DNA from: Glaucostegus cemiculus
Taxonomy: Eukaryota
Reading direction: 5' to 3'
Length of the DNA: 64,000 bases
Assembly: GCA_976551045.1 (NCBI GenBank)
Contig: CDPCPM010000043.1
Location: 4,526,001-4,590,000 of the forward strand
Shown here piece by piece: positions 13,401-28,400 of the stretch. The position numbers were made by a program, and so were the translations under genes. Each line of letters starts with the position of its first letter. The first letter of the stretch is position 1. The notes under the pieces were generated by a model. It saw only the letters and a list, made by a program, of their open reading frames with translations. It was not told where the DNA came from and made no database searches.

Positions 13401-16400
13401 GAAGTAATTCCCATTGGTAGCTCCCAGGCTCCAGCTGTCCTCTGATCAGATGTGGTTCTGCGGGTTGCCCTTCCAGAATATTCCTGACACATTTGCAAAG
13501 TCACGCCTGTCCCAAGCTGCTCTCCTCAACCCCTTCCCCCACCTTGTGCTGAGCTCAGGAGCTATATACAGCTGCTCGGGCAGCTGGCAGGAATGTGTCA
13601 GTGATAACCTTGGAGTCTGACAGCTCACAGTGTTACTCGGCTCTCTCCCAGTGTTGCTCCTTCCGAAAGCCTGCCTGTTGCATTTGCACGACACTGTGAA
13701 ATACTTGAGGCTCCTGAGGGGCTGACTTGCTCATCTTACAGCAGCTTCAGTGCGACATGGGAGATTTTGGAGGGTTACAGACTTGTGCATGCTCTACTGT
13801 GTCAGAGGATGTGTGCGATGGCTAGGGCAGCATTGAATAACATCAAAAAGTTGCTGAATTGACTGGCAAAAAGGCCCAGACAAAATCCTGGCTGCAGATT
13901 TATCCTCCTTCATTGCCTACCTCAGTCTGGGTTTTGTGGTCTAGGCCCTTTAGGTGCTCAGAGTTGTGGTCTGGATTCTGTGGTGAATGGCTGGTAGCCA
14001 CTTCATTGCTCCTTTCCCATCTCTAAGAGTGTGTGGTGCTTTCCTGTTGCACCTCTTCTGGCTCTTTGATTCAGTGTCTGAACTTTCATTCTATTCAGAC
14101 GGTCTCCTTTCCCTCCTGAGATTGCTTTGCTTTGATCTGTCTTTACGTAGTGAACCTCCCCACCTCCTTTTTGCCACTTTGCCAAAAATTTATTCCAACT
14201 CGCTATAACTCAATTTGTCCTTCGGGGGTGGGTGGGGGGGAGGTGGGAAATGCCCTGCTCCTTCATTTGGTGTCAGACACTTGCTTTTCTCCAAGAATCC
14301 CTATTGTTGTTCATCTTACTTCAGGAGGAGATTTATTTCTCTGCTCCTTGCACTCCTAAGTGTGCTGATGTCTCTGGTATGTTGTGCATGTCATTGTTTG
14401 AACTGATCGACTTCTTCTTCATTGCATGGAATTGATATGATTATTCTGGAGCACTGGAGGTTCTGGATTCTTGGGCAGGCTCTGAACAGTGAAATAAGAA
14501 GAGTAAATGCAGGGAATACTCAGCAGGTCAGGCAGAACCTAGGGAATGAAAGATAGTGTTAATGTTTCAGACCAAGGATCCTTTGTCCTGAGGAAAAGAG
14601 GACAATAGTGTTATGAGAGAGAAGCTGGAGTACAAAAGTAAACTTGCAAGGATCATAAAAACTGACTGCCAAAGCTTCTATGAATAGTTGAAGAGATAAC
14701 ATTTAAGACAACTACAGGTCCCCGACCATCAGAAATGGGGCAAGTTATAATTGGAAGTAAAGAAGTAGCAGAACAATTAAACAGTACTTTGTGTCCGTCC
14801 TCACAAGAGGACACAGATGACCTCCCTGGTAAGTTAGAGAACAGAGTCTCTAGCAAAAGGCAGAAAGAGAAGAAAACCTGTAGTAGTAAGGAAATACCTC
14901 CTATTAATTTCTCTTGCTCTAAAGGCTGGCAGATTACCAGGCCCTGATAAATCTACATCCTAGAGTACTAAAGAAGGTGGCCCTGGACCTAGTGGTCATC
15001 TTTCAAACTTGTACTCTGGAGCAGTTCCTACAGACTGGACGTTGGCACATGTAACCCCACTTTTTGTTTTTTATAAAAAGAGGTTGGGGGGGTGGGGAAT
15101 GAGGAATTATAAACCAATAAGTCTAACATTGGCAGTGGAGAAAATGGCAACATCTATTATTATTGATATTTGGAAAGTGTTAACAAGATTTGACCAAGTC
15201 AGCATAGGTTTATGAAAGGGAAATCGTGCTCAACAAATCTGTTGGTGTTCTTGTGGATGTAACTTGCAAATCAGATAAGGAAGAACCAGTAGATGTGCTG
15301 TATTTGGAGTATCAGTAGGTTTTTGTTGACTGATAGGGGTTTATTCCAACTGTTTCCTTTTTTTCAGAGGGACAGGCAGTGACTAATGAGGCACCACAGG
15401 AACTGGTGTTTGGACCCTAGCTATTCTTAATATATCTCAATGATTTTTAGATGAGGGAACTACAAACCACATCTCCTACATTTACATATGGCACATTGTT
15501 TTGGGGGGGTAGTCCCGCTGTTTATGTTAGCTTGAAGAGGATGCAAAAAGGTTCCATTGTGACTGAGACAAGTTAGGTTAGTGGGCAACTGCTTGGCAGA
15601 TGCAGTTTAATATGGATAAATGTGAGATTATCAGTGTTTTTATTTAAAAAATGATACTACCTGAATGGTGATAGATGGGAAGGGGGCAATAAGAGCTGGA
15701 TGTCCTTGTACACCAATCACTAAAAGCAAGTGTTTGGGTGCACCAAGCATTCAGGAAGCCAAATGATCTATTGGGGCTTGATGCAAGAGGATTGGAGTAC
15801 AGGAGCAAGGATGTCTTGCTGCAGCTACATGTGGCTTTGGTGGGATGACATCTGGAATAAGAAAGGATGCTCCTACCATGGAGGGAGTGCAGCCAAGCTT
15901 TACTAAACTGATTCCTGGGATGGTAGCATTGATGTGTGAAGAAAGATTAGGTCTATGTATAGTGGAGTTTAGGAAAATGAATGGAGATGTCAAAGAAGCC
16001 CATAAAATCCTAATGGGATCCTATAGTCTAAGTGCAGGGAGGATGTTCCTGATGGCTAGAAAATGCAGAGCCAGGGGTCAGAGTCTCACGATCTGGGTTA
16101 TATCATTTAGAACAGAGATTAGGATAAATCACCACCCTGAGGGTGGTGAACCTGTGGAATTATCTGCCACAGAAGGCAGTGGCAATTAAATCTTTGAATC
16201 TAGTTGAGGAGGAAGTAGATGTATTTCTTAATTCTGAAGAGACATGGGTGGTTGGTAGTCAGGAATGGTCAGCCACAAACACTGTATGGTAGAGTGGCCA
16301 AATGGCCTACTTCTGCTCATTTGTCTAAATTTTTGTATTTGTTGTTGATTTTCATTCACTGAATAGTGAAAACCTCTCTGCATGTGATCCATTTTAAGGC

Positions 16401-19400
16401 AGGGTTCCCATTTCCACACCAGTCATTGCCATTTCTCCACCTGAGACTGACTCGCTGGCTGCAAACCAGTTGTGGCAGGCTGCTGGGGTGAAGATTGGTG
16501 GTTAATCTAAACTTCCTGGAAATGAGATGGATGTGATTGTTGCTTTTGAACATACTCATTTATCTATCTATTTGTTTATTTATTTGTTTGTTTATTAAAT
16601 ATTTATCTATTTGTTTATTTATTTGCCATTTATTTATTTGAAGGAATGTCAGTTAGTGACACATACTAGGCTCTCAAACTGTTAGATAATGCAAAGGCAC
16701 TGGAGAAAATGGGGAAGAATTACTTGTAAAAGGAAAGAGGTTTAACAATTGGAAACAGCTGAGCAGGTCTTGGTTTTCTAGTAGAGGCTTTAACTTGATA
16801 TTAGTAGAGTGGATGTAGCGAAGGTGTCATGGTCAAACAGCACGTAATGGGTCCTTGGGCCCACCATGTCCAGGTCCACCATTGGTACTCATCTATACTT
16901 AACCCAGTTGCCAGCAGTTGGTCCATTGCCTTCAATATCTTGGCATTTCAAGTGCCTGTCTAGATACAGGCTCAGGCTTCCCATCTCTTCACTGCATTGC
17001 CCCCATCATCTCACTGATGAGGAGTGTTATTCTGATGTTATTTTCAAAAGAGAAGGAGTAGCCTAAGAGAAAGCAGGAAATGGTGAGATGTTTGACCTGG
17101 GTGAGGCCAGTACAAGGGAAATTGCTGGTTGGTGGGTTACTTTTTTTTTTAAAAAAAACTGTTTATTTCTGCTTGGTGGTGAGTTAATCTAACAGAGGGT
17201 CAGGGCACCTCTGACTGGTGGAATACATGTCCTGTGTCACATGGAAATTCCAGGGCAATTTCTGTATTCTGGACAAACATGAGTGCAGGAAGTGTTGTCA
17301 GCTGAAGGAGTTTGAGCTCTGGGTTTTGGAGCTGGAGTGACGGCTGAGGATGCTGCAGTCTGAGTGTTTTATGGATGATGTGTTTCTGGACATGATCATC
17401 CCGTAGCTTGAGGGACTGGTTGATTAACAGACTCTTTTTAAAGAAAGAAAAGCAGGTTTGTAGTTCTAGTAGGCTTTTAGATCCCTGAGGGATGTGCTGT
17501 CTAATCAGTATTTCATCCCAAGAATGGATAGGGCGAGGTTTCCCTGTACCGTGCAGATGGCACCAATACCACTGTGTCATGGGTGACTTAACTGTCCAAG
17601 GAAGCAGGAGAATGATAGTAATTGAGGATTCTCTAGGGCAGTGCTTCTGTGTTTGCAGATGTAATTCCACGATGGTACATTGCCACCCTGGTGCCAAGGA
17701 AGGATCCCACTGAGTGGCTGCAGAAAATTCTTCAAGGGAGGCTGAATGGTCAAGGGACTTGGTCCATATTGATACCAACAACATAATGTATTGAGTACAA
17801 GAAGTCAGGATGTCCTGCAGGCAGCTTTTTAAGAATAAAGTTGTTCTTCTGGTGCCACACGCTAGGTTTGCTATTGCTTTGGGGGAGGTGTTAAACCAGC
17901 TTGGCAAGAGGATGAAAAGTTGGACATAGATTTAGAAGGAAGAAAAGCAGGTGGACAATATAGATAGTCTAGACAATGGGACAGAAAAATGGCAAATGGA
18001 ATTTAATCCAGAAAAGTGAGGTAATGCATTTGGAGAGGTGCATTGGGGAAGAGAATACTTCACAGGAGAATATTGAGAAGTGTGGCCACAGATCTTTTAA
18101 AGGTAGTGGTTTAAAAAGCCATATGGGATTCTTTCTTTTATTAGCTGAGACAGAATCTTAGAGCAGAGAGATGATGCCAAAACTGTACACAACACTAGCT
18201 AGACGACAACCTGAGTACTGCATACAGTTCTGGTCACTATATTTACAGGAAAGATATGCTTCCACTGGAGAGGATGCAGAGGAGATTTGGAAATGCCAGG
18301 ACTGGAAAATTTTTGCTGTGAGGAAAGATTGAGTATGCTGGAGTTGTTTTCTTTGGAGCAGAGGAGGCTGAAGGGGAACTTGAACAGTGGTGTATAAAAT
18401 AGTGAATAGGAAGAGCATTATTACCTTTGGTAGAGAGGTTGAAAACCAAGGGGTAACATTAACTGGTAGAAAGATTTAAAAGGGCATGAAGAAATATTTA
18501 TCGCCAGGGAATATCTTATTGCATTGGAAAAGTAGTGGGCTGTGAACTACAGCTTGATGGACTTGGGCTAGTAGGTGGGATTAGTCACAGCATGGAAGCA
18601 GGCCATTTGGCCCACCGTGTCCATGCTGACCAGTGGCACCAATCTGGATTCAGCTGGGTAGACTTTTCTTGACTGGCAGCGATGCAGTACGTCACAATGG
18701 ATGCCTGTGTTTATTCTGATTTTCCCACCCTGTGCCCCCAGGTTAAAAGGCCATATGCTGTGTAGCTGATTCATCCCAACGACTTTACTGTCTGCTGTGC
18801 AGCAAATTTTATAGATAATCTGGGACATGACCACTTGGCAGTTGAAGTATGGGTGAATAAATCGAAGGCAATTGTGTTTAAAATCAAATTTTGTGCCTAG
18901 TTTGAGGTATTGAGGGTTGTCTGATTTGTGTTGGGTTTTTTTCTTTCAAAAAGGCATTTGACAAAGCAACTACTGCTTAGCAAAGTTGATGAGACTGTAG
19001 CAGCGTGAATCTAAAATTGGCTAGGGCATATAACACTGTATGGAATAATAAATGGTGGGTTTTTTTCTGGATTGAAGTACAGAATAGTGATCCTACAGTT
19101 AATACGAGGGTCACTTTAATGACCCTGACATCCTTATAGTTCATAATTTCAAAGTCTGCAGATGAAACAAAGCTCAAGCAGCCAACAGTGAGGATAACCA
19201 AAGAAATGGAGACATGGGGCAGATAATAGTTCATGCATTGAAGAGTGAAGTGGTGCATCTTGGATGGAAGAACAAAGCCACTGAGCTAAATTATGGCATT
19301 TTGTGTCTTGCAGGAAGACTAATCTTTGTATATAATCTTTGAAGGTAATAGGAGACCTAAAGCCTGGAATTTGTAAATGCAAATTTTTTTAAATATATTG

Positions 19401-22400
19401 CATTCTAAAGTTTATAAAACATGTATGGCTTCTGGATTAGTGGGTTGGGTTCCAAGCACAACATAATTATAAGATGGCAGGGTCATGGTGAGGGGTGTAG
19501 GGGCGGTATACTACAGTTTCCAGTGATGAGGTACTTATCTTCTATGGAAAGACAAGTTAAGAATTGTTTTGCATTGAAGAGGATGAAGGGAGATTTGATG
19601 GCATTTTCAAAGTCTTGAGGGGTTTTCTATTGGGGGAAGGTTCTGTGACCATAGGACACAGATTTAAGGCAATTGATAAATAACAGGCAGCTTGTGGAAA
19701 TGCATTGCCTGAAAGGATGTGGAAACCTATCCAGTTGCAATTTGTAAACGAGAATTGAATAAACAATTAAAAGGGGTGAAAAAAGTATAGCTGTGAGGGG
19801 TAAAAGAGCAGGGACAAATTGGCTGGCTTTATAAAAGAATTGGCACAGCAGGAAGGGCTAAGCAGCCTGTGTTGTGTGACTCCTAAGAAGAGTTAGTTTT
19901 GAACCATACAGACTTGCTGTTGTTCAGGGTTAAGGTCACTGACAATCTAACTGTAAACAATCATTCTTTGTTAGGGTAAACTATCTAAGTAGAGAGGTGC
20001 TGTTTATTCAGGGTAAAGGTTATTCGATACAACTCTGGGTCAGTTTATTCAGGGTAATGGCTGTTTAATGTAACTGTACATTCAAAGTAAGGGTTGCCTA
20101 TTGTCTAAATATAGGGGGTCATGCTGTAAACTAATAACCCTTACCGTGAATGAAGAATAGAGTCACTGTTAGAGTATGGATTATTCATTATATAATGGCA
20201 TAAGAGTTGCTGATGATTTGGTTGTTTGGGAAGGTAATTCTTTTGTCTTGTGTGTCTGTATCCTTTCATGGTAAAGTATGAATGAATCTTCAGTCAAGCC
20301 AGATGAGCCTCTGTGTCAGCTTGTGTCTGAGCAAATACTTTGGACTTTACATCACCTTCTATGTGTGCAGCAGTCTTCTACGCTCACTGTGTCTCACTTA
20401 CTCTCGTTTTAGGTGGTTGGTGCTTGCCACCCATTTCTTGCACTCTTAGCAGGGTGTGACGGGGGATTAGATAAGTATGCAGAGAGTTGGAGCATGTAGC
20501 TGATGTGATCTGGACAAGGGCTACAAATTGGTGCAATTTGAGGTTTTTTTTTAAGTTTGTTGACTGTGGAATTTCTGACAGCAGTGCTCCTTTCTGTGAC
20601 AGCAGTAAGGGTCACCGGGAGCATTGCCAAGCCGGGTATGGTGTTGGAGGAAATCCTTCTGTATTCTGCATTGGGGGGGGGGGGAAGGGAAGCACTAGCT
20701 CTGAAATCCTTGGGATCTGCTGCCTGGCTACACTGGAACATTACTGAAAATATCATTGCTGGCTGTGGCCCCAGCCAGCAACTCCCAGATGAGTGAGAGT
20801 GATCTCTGCAACAGCTGGGAAGTTGTGGCTCACAGGGAGAGAATTACTCATGGTGGGGAGGGTGGTTCCAGCAATTGTTTTGATCAAGCTTTGGACGGTC
20901 ACTGACCAGAGTTCCTTTTTTGATTTTTATTCAATGTTGTAATTTTACTGTGAACAATACCTGATTTATTGGGAGAGCCACAAGAGCTTGAGAGAAGCAG
21001 GAATAGACTGTTCTGCTATTTGATAAGATCAAGATGAATCCTTTCCCTTGATACTACTTTCCTGCACTAACCCAAAATGCCTTAATTACCTAAGTTCTAA
21101 AAATACTGATCTCTTCCTTGAATGTGCTGAGCCTCCACAGCCCTATTGTGCAGAAAACTACAAAGATTTACTGACCGCCTGACAATATTTCTTATCTGAT
21201 GTGAATGGCTGATCCCTCCTTTTGAGACTGACCCTGGTACCAAACAAAACATCACTGCTCTGAAACCAAATCAAAATTTTAAATGTTTCAATGGGGGTCA
21301 CATTTCATTCTTCCAAATTTGAGTATAGGGCCAGTCTACTTCATGTAACAAACCTAACCTCCCATGCCATTTGCCAGCTACGTTGTTTATTGTATCTGCA
21401 TATTAACACTAAAATCTCTCCTTTTAGTCTTTCACACCACTTTTTAATGTCATTCTAATTTTTTTTTCAACTAAACAGACCACATTTCACTCCATCACTC
21501 ATGTCTTTCCCTTGTCTTTATTTCCCTGAAGTCTCTCGGCATCCTTCTCACCGACCACACTGCCATCAAACTTGCTATCATTAGTAAACTTTGATATATT
21601 ACACTTGATTTTCCTCCTCCAAATCATTGTGAACAGCTGTGGCCACAATACTGATTCTGCAGCAATCTACAGCATCACAGCCAAACAACCCGTTTTCTTC
21701 TATTTTCTGTCCATTTCCCATTCCTCAATACATCCCAGTATAATATCCACAATACTGTGCACCTTTTAATGAAAGCCTTCTTAAAGTCTGAATGCACAAC
21801 TAATAACTGGTTTCTCCTTTCTCTTCTACTAGTTACATCCTCCAAACTCTTTTGGATTATTATCAAAGATGCATTAATCCATGTCAACTCTACCCAATCA
21901 TATTTATTTTCTAAGTGTCCTGTTACCACTTCCTTGGGAAAGTGCTGGATCTCTTACTGCTACTGCCATTGGTGGAAGTCGGGGAATTAATCTTGGATGG
22001 TATTAGTGTGGTGGGCTTGCAAGCTATTGGTTAGTTACAGAGCGACATGTCCTCTCCTCCATCTAACCAAACTCTCCCAATGCAGAAACTGCATGGGTTT
22101 AGTGAGCCAGAGGTTGGACAGGTTTTGGGAAGAGAGTTAAATTGTAGTCTTTCTGAATACTTTTTCCTTTAAGTCCTTTTTAAATTTCCTGTGTCAACCC
22201 ATTCATATGTGACTTTCCCTTGCATTGTGAAAGATTATTACTGTGGTGATGTCTTGATACTTTGCTGTTGGGTTCTAACCCAAATCCTGACTTGTAATTC
22301 ACAGACAGCAAGGCTATTGTGGATGGAAACCTGAAGCTTATCTTGGGCCTGATCTGGACTCTCATCCTCCATTACTCCATCTCTATGCCCATGTGGGAAG

Positions 22401-25400
22401 ATGAGGATGATGAAGATATCAAGAAGCAGACTCCCAAGCAGAGATTGTTGGGATGGATTCAGAACAAGATCCCACAGCTGCCCATCACCAACTTTCACCG
22501 GGATTGGCAGGATGGCAAGGCACTAGGTGCATTGGTGGACAACTGTGCACCAGGTAAGTGGGGAAGAGTGTAGTGGGATTAATGACCTTAATTAAAAGGA
22601 ACTTGGCTTTTAAGTGTGAGTGGATTCTGGTGAATTTATGGAATGTTTGTTCTCACTGGAGGGGAGGTTGCATTATGTGCTCAAGTTGATTGTAGAAACT
22701 GACTGAAAATCATGGTGATTGTAAATTGTATCAATAAGGTCATAGGATTATCAGATGTGTAGCTGCACAGAGGGGTGCAGAGAAATTGAAAGTTAATGTT
22801 GGGATTGGGGGCAGGTTGGTCAACTGGTGGGAATTTTGAAAGGTGTTTGTGTTAGGAAGGACATGAGTACCCTTCAGTACAAATTACTGAAAGATCTTGT
22901 ACAATGACAAGAAACCATACAGTACATTGGCCTATATTACTAGAGGATTTGAGTATTAGGGTAGTGATGTCTTGTTGCAACTTTGCTGGACCTAGTATGA
23001 CTGTTTGTAATAGTGTGTTCAGGTCTGATTTCACTTTAAGGATGGGTATACTTGTGGTAGAGGGAGTGCGGTGATAGTGTAATAGTGTAATAGTGTGTAA
23101 TAGTAATAGTGTAATAGTGTAATAGTGTGTTCAGGTCTGATTTCACTTTAAGGATGGGTATACTTGTGGTAGAGGGAGTGCGGTGATAGTGTAATAGTGT
23201 GTAATAGTAATAGTGTAATAGTGTAATAGTGTGTTCAGGTCTGATTTCACTTTAAGGATGGGTATACTTGTGGTAGAGGGAGTGCGGTGATAGTGTAATA
23301 GTGTAATAGTGTGTAATAGTAATAGTGTAATAGTGTAATAGTGTGTTCAGGTCTGATTTCACTTTAAGGATGGGTATACTTGTGGTAGAGGGAGTGCGGT
23401 GATAGTTCACAGGATGGATTCCTGGGATGGTGGATTTGTCAAATGAGGGGAAGTTGAGCAGATTGGGCCTTTTGTTCTCTGGAAGAATAGGAGGTGATCT
23501 CACTGAAATGCAAAAATTCATACAGGACTTAAGTGGATATGGCATTGATGTTTTCTCCCAGCTGGGTTGTCCATAACCAGGGGGTCACATTCTCAAAATA
23601 AATAGTCAGCCATACAGGATAGATGAGATTTCTTCACCTCATTAATGAACCATTGGAATTCTCAACCCTGGGGGCCTGTGGAGGCTCCGTAGCTAAGTAT
23701 GTTTAAGAAGGGTCAATAGATCTTTAGATATTAAAGGAATCAAGACATCTGGGAAGTGACATTGAGGTAAAAGGTCAAACATGGTCTTGAATGACAGAAC
23801 AGGCACGGGGTCAAATGGGCTCCTCCCACTTCTATTTCTTGTATTATTGAAGGACCACTTTATGCACAGCAGTGCCTCGATTCACTTGCCATGTCTTCCC
23901 CCAGAATGAATCAGTTGGTGGATGTGACCCTTGCAAGTAGCAGTACTGTCGAGGAGGACTGGGGTGTACCAAGAGCTTATGAAGCAAGGGGATGGGATTT
24001 GAAAATGCTGAATTGGCAATGTTGGAAATGTTTGACAGAGCTATATACAATTAAAGATAAACAGAACCAGATGTGAGCTGGGGCTGGCACAGACCCAGCT
24101 CCTGCTATGTTATTAGTCATCAACAGGAGCAGTGATGCTGATCAAATGTGCACTCTGTAGTTGGGGTGATTGTTGATCAATGAATGTACATGGGATCAAC
24201 TTCAGTGTGAGCTCTGTGTTAACTGTAGCTTGGTCCAAAGTTACTGCGCATTAAATGTGTGGGATCCTTTATTTTTTGGTGTGTTTAAGCAATTATAAAG
24301 CTAGCCAGAACTAAGCTGAGAGTGTGTCCCTTTGTAGTTTTTGGTGTGTGGGTTTTCTCAGCTGCCTGATGCAGGGATTCCATGCTTCATTGCTCATTGT
24401 TTAAAGGGTGTTTGTTGTACCCACAGGTCTGTGCCCTGACTGGCAGGATTGGGACCCAAATCAACCTGTGGGTAATGCCCGAGAAGCCATGCAACAGGCT
24501 GATGATTGGCTGGGGGTTCCTCAGGTGAGTGTCTATGTTCTCGTGTCTCTATTTGTGCCAATACCACAGAATCTGTAGAGGAAATTCAATGGAATCCCTT
24601 GTCTCCTTTGCTTTGTACTTGCTCTTTGAATCCAGACCTCGCTCGTGCTCACTTGGATCTTCAAATTTATCCTCTCCCTTGCTCGTCCATGTGTGCCTCT
24701 CACATTTAAGCCTTCCCAGCTCTCATGCCTGATCTTCTTTGCCCTCTGCAGGTAATTGCCCCTGAGGAGATTGTGGACCCCAATGTAGATGAACATTCGG
24801 TGATGACCTATCTCTCCCAATTCCCAAAGGCAAAGCTCAAACCTGGTGCTCCACTCAGGACAAAACTCAACCCCAAGAAAGCTCGAGCTTATGGGCCAGG
24901 TATGGACATCTTTTTCCGTATGGTTCCTTAACTACACCACCACCACCTGTCCCCCTCTTTCCCCCCCCCCCCCACCATGTGGTACCACAAACCTTGGCTC
25001 ACTGCTATCCAGTACATTTCTCAATTGTTCCCTGGGATAAGGGGTGCTCTCTCTTTCTGGGTATGCCCTTTTTGACCTGGAATGAGGGATAGTTTTCTGT
25101 CAGCTGAGTGTACCATTTTGGTTAGATTAAGGAACAACAAAAGATGAGTCTGGGCAGACCCTTTGGCCTGGGGGGAATAGTGTGTCTGCTTGACCATGCC
25201 CTTAAATCTGGTGTGAGGGATAGTGATGTCCTTCGGCCTGGTAGGAATGTTATTGTGATAACACCTCTTGCATTTGATTCTAGGTATTGAGCCACAGGGT
25301 AATGTAGTCCTAAAGCCGGCAGAGTTCACAGTGGAGACGATCAATGCTGGTCTTGGAGAGGTCCTGGTCTTTGTGGAGGATCCCGAAGGGCACACTGAGG

Positions 25401-28400
25401 AGGTAATGTGTATTGGAATGGGTTGTGCTTTTTGGTTATCGTTTGCAGCATATTGATGTTGTTGAAGACCATCATTTAATGCTCACCTGTATTTGTTCCA
25501 GAGGGTGTACCATAACTGTGTTGTGGTAAGGTTATAAATGTATACTGTATCTTGTGTAAGCTGAAGAGTCTGGTGCCTGTTTTGGTCTGTGGGCTGATGT
25601 GGGTGTGACCAGTGCAGTGCAGAATGACCATTTTGTTTTCTTTGTACAGGCACGAGTGACTGCAAACAATGACAAGAACCGCACATACTCTGTTTCCTAC
25701 ATACCCAAAGTTGCCGGACTTCATAAGGTAACTCTTTGACCATTCACAATAGTTCAGGTCATCCAGGATGAGCTGTGTCTTCATCCTCATCTATCTCATT
25801 ATCATGCCCTGTTCTTGCTGTGCACTGGCTGTGAATTACTCCACTGGTATGTTTGGTCATGCTTTGATTCATAGGTCTGGAAGTCCTGCTGGGTTTTCCC
25901 ATCAGTAGTGTTTGGGAGCTACATACCAGAAACTGTTGCATGAAGCAAGCCTACTGATGTCCGCCTTGCTGTTGGTACATCAGGGAACTGTTCTGCCACT
26001 CAGATGGTGATCTGCACTTCAACTCTGCTCCCTGTCCTTGGGTTGTAATCTGGGATGGGAAAAGATCAATCTTGACCTTGAAAGATCCATTTTGACTTTT
26101 CCTTTTAAAAGGAGTGAGAGTGTTTCTATATTCCCCCCCCCCCCCCCCCCCCCCAAAACCTGTTGTGCTAGGAAGTGGCTTCTGACGTCCCATCTGAACA
26201 GGCTAGCCCTGGTTTCTGTGCCTTGTTCTGGGGAACTAGAGGAAACAGTTTGCATCTTGAATTATTGTTTCCAAACTCACTCACGTCATCTCTTAATCTT
26301 CTAAACTTGGTACAACCACTCTAAATCAGATTGAAATCTCTTGATCCCTGTACTCCACAGGAAATTTGGAGATTTGGGAGGAGATTGGGGTTGCTGTGGT
26401 ATACAATAATCAATCTTCTTGCATCAATGCTTCCACCTTTGTGCTTGCTTTCAGGTAACAGTTTTATTTGCTGGGCAGCAAATTGACAAAAGCCCTTTCA
26501 AAGTCCAGATTGGCATGGCTCTGGGTGATGCCAACAAGGTGACTGCTCAAGGCCCTGGACTGGAGCTGAATGGGAACGTGGCCAACAAGCCAACGTACTT
26601 TGACATTTACACTGCAGGTGAGTAGGAAGGTGAAGTGGGGTTCCCCACTGGGACACATGGTGAGGCAGGAGGGAAGTTCTCCACCCCTTGTGTCCATTTG
26701 TCTTTTGAATGTGTCTCTGAAAATGTTTCAATACCGTGTGCTCCTGCACCCCAAACCCCCCCCCCCCCACATGAGTCTAGACCATTTGCCCATTATTTTG
26801 GGTTGATAAGCTTGGTTTACTGACCAACTTGCCTGAGGAATTCCTTTCTACTTTCTCGGACAAAGCCTCTTGAATGACCCTTTAGGTCTCCCTGTAACCA
26901 GCTTTTCTTGGTGTAGTAAAAATCCAGCTTCTCTGATCTCTCTACATACTGAAGTCCCTTGTCCTCCTAGTAAACCACCTCTGCATCCTGATATCCTTAT
27001 TCCCCAAATGAGAACTTGTAAAGTTTCACCAGGCCATCTGTCTCCTTGTATCTGGTATCCTGTTTGCAAAACTAAGTTTGGGACTGGGGAAGGGTTGTGT
27101 TGAATAACCAGGTGCCTTGGAACCCAGCCCTGATTCCATCACTTTTTAATGTTGACTTGAAGCATGAGTTCTGACCATTCTGCTGCCAGCATGTGCACAG
27201 TTACTGACAACAGCCCCTTATCCCCCTTAGGTGCTGGGTCAGGGGATGTTGGAGTCGTCATTGTTGATCCCCAGGGTCGGCGGGATACAGTGGAGGTGAT
27301 CCTGGAGGATAAAGGAGACAATGTTCTCCGCTGCACTTACAAACCTCTGCTCGAAGGTCCTCATGCCATCCATGTGACTTTTGCTGGAGCCCCAATACCC
27401 AAGAGTCCCTTCACCGTCAACATCTCAGAAGGTAAGGTCCACATGCACTGCACATGGCCTGTTATGTGCAAGGAGCCTTTGTCCTTCGCCCATTGCTTAA
27501 TCTTTCCTTCACAAGCAAAGGGTGATGGGGGAAACAGACCAGTAGGGAGGTTAAGAGAGTGGGGGTGTATGGAAGACAGCATGCATGTGGAGAGGGGGAG
27601 GGAGTGTGAATGTGGGGAAACAAGAGGTGGGCAAGAAAAGTGGAAGTTTGGGGATGAGAGTGATGTTCAGAAGTAAGGGAGAATTGAGTGTTAAGGGGGG
27701 ACTGAGTATTTGAGGGAGGTTGTGGGTCATAGGCATGAAGGAGATAAAATGCATGGTTTGTGAAGGTAGAAGGCAGGAGCATGGGTGGGCTCATTGGGGA
27801 AGGAGAAGGGAACAAGCAAGGAATTGAAGGCTGACACTTAGCAAGTCGTGACATTGGATTCCATCGCTGTGTTAATGTCACAAATACAGTTAATTGTGAA
27901 TTGATTATTGCTCTTTTGGGGGGGGAGGGGGTGGGGAATGCAACAATCTTTTGAATGGAGCTTGTGGGTCCCTGCAATAAAGCTCCCACAAGCTGTCTGA
28001 GTATGCATATGTGTAAAAGAATCTTCATTTCTGAAGCCCCCTTTACAACCCTGGGGTGATCTAAAATGTTTTGCAACCAGTGAAGTTGCTGTTTTAACAC
28101 AGGAGTCACAGTAACCAATTGTGCACAGCACAATCTCAAAGAGTGATGTGTTTAATGTTTTCTTTTTGCATATGATGCTGATGCAGTAAGAATATCAACC
28201 AGAACAACAGAAGAGAACTCTGGTCTTCAAACAGTGGTGTGGAACATTTTGCATTCTCAGGAGTGGGTTCCAGCATGGAACCTGAAGTTACTATTTGACC
28301 GGGAATAGGCAGGGTTGCTCTCCTGTGCAATGATTCTTTAGCTTAATTCTGACTTAATTGAAATTTTTCATTGCTGATCTGAACCCATGCTATCAGTTTT

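Noticed and set aside
17200-17907. 235-aa minus-strand ORF
   Set aside because: Antisense shadow of a decayed CR1 ORF1 region; no recognisable domain.
23007-23406. CRISPR-like repeat-spacer appearance
   Set aside because: The repeats are LINE-derived, the spacers are near-identical microsatellite, there are no cas genes, and the context is a vertebrate intron.
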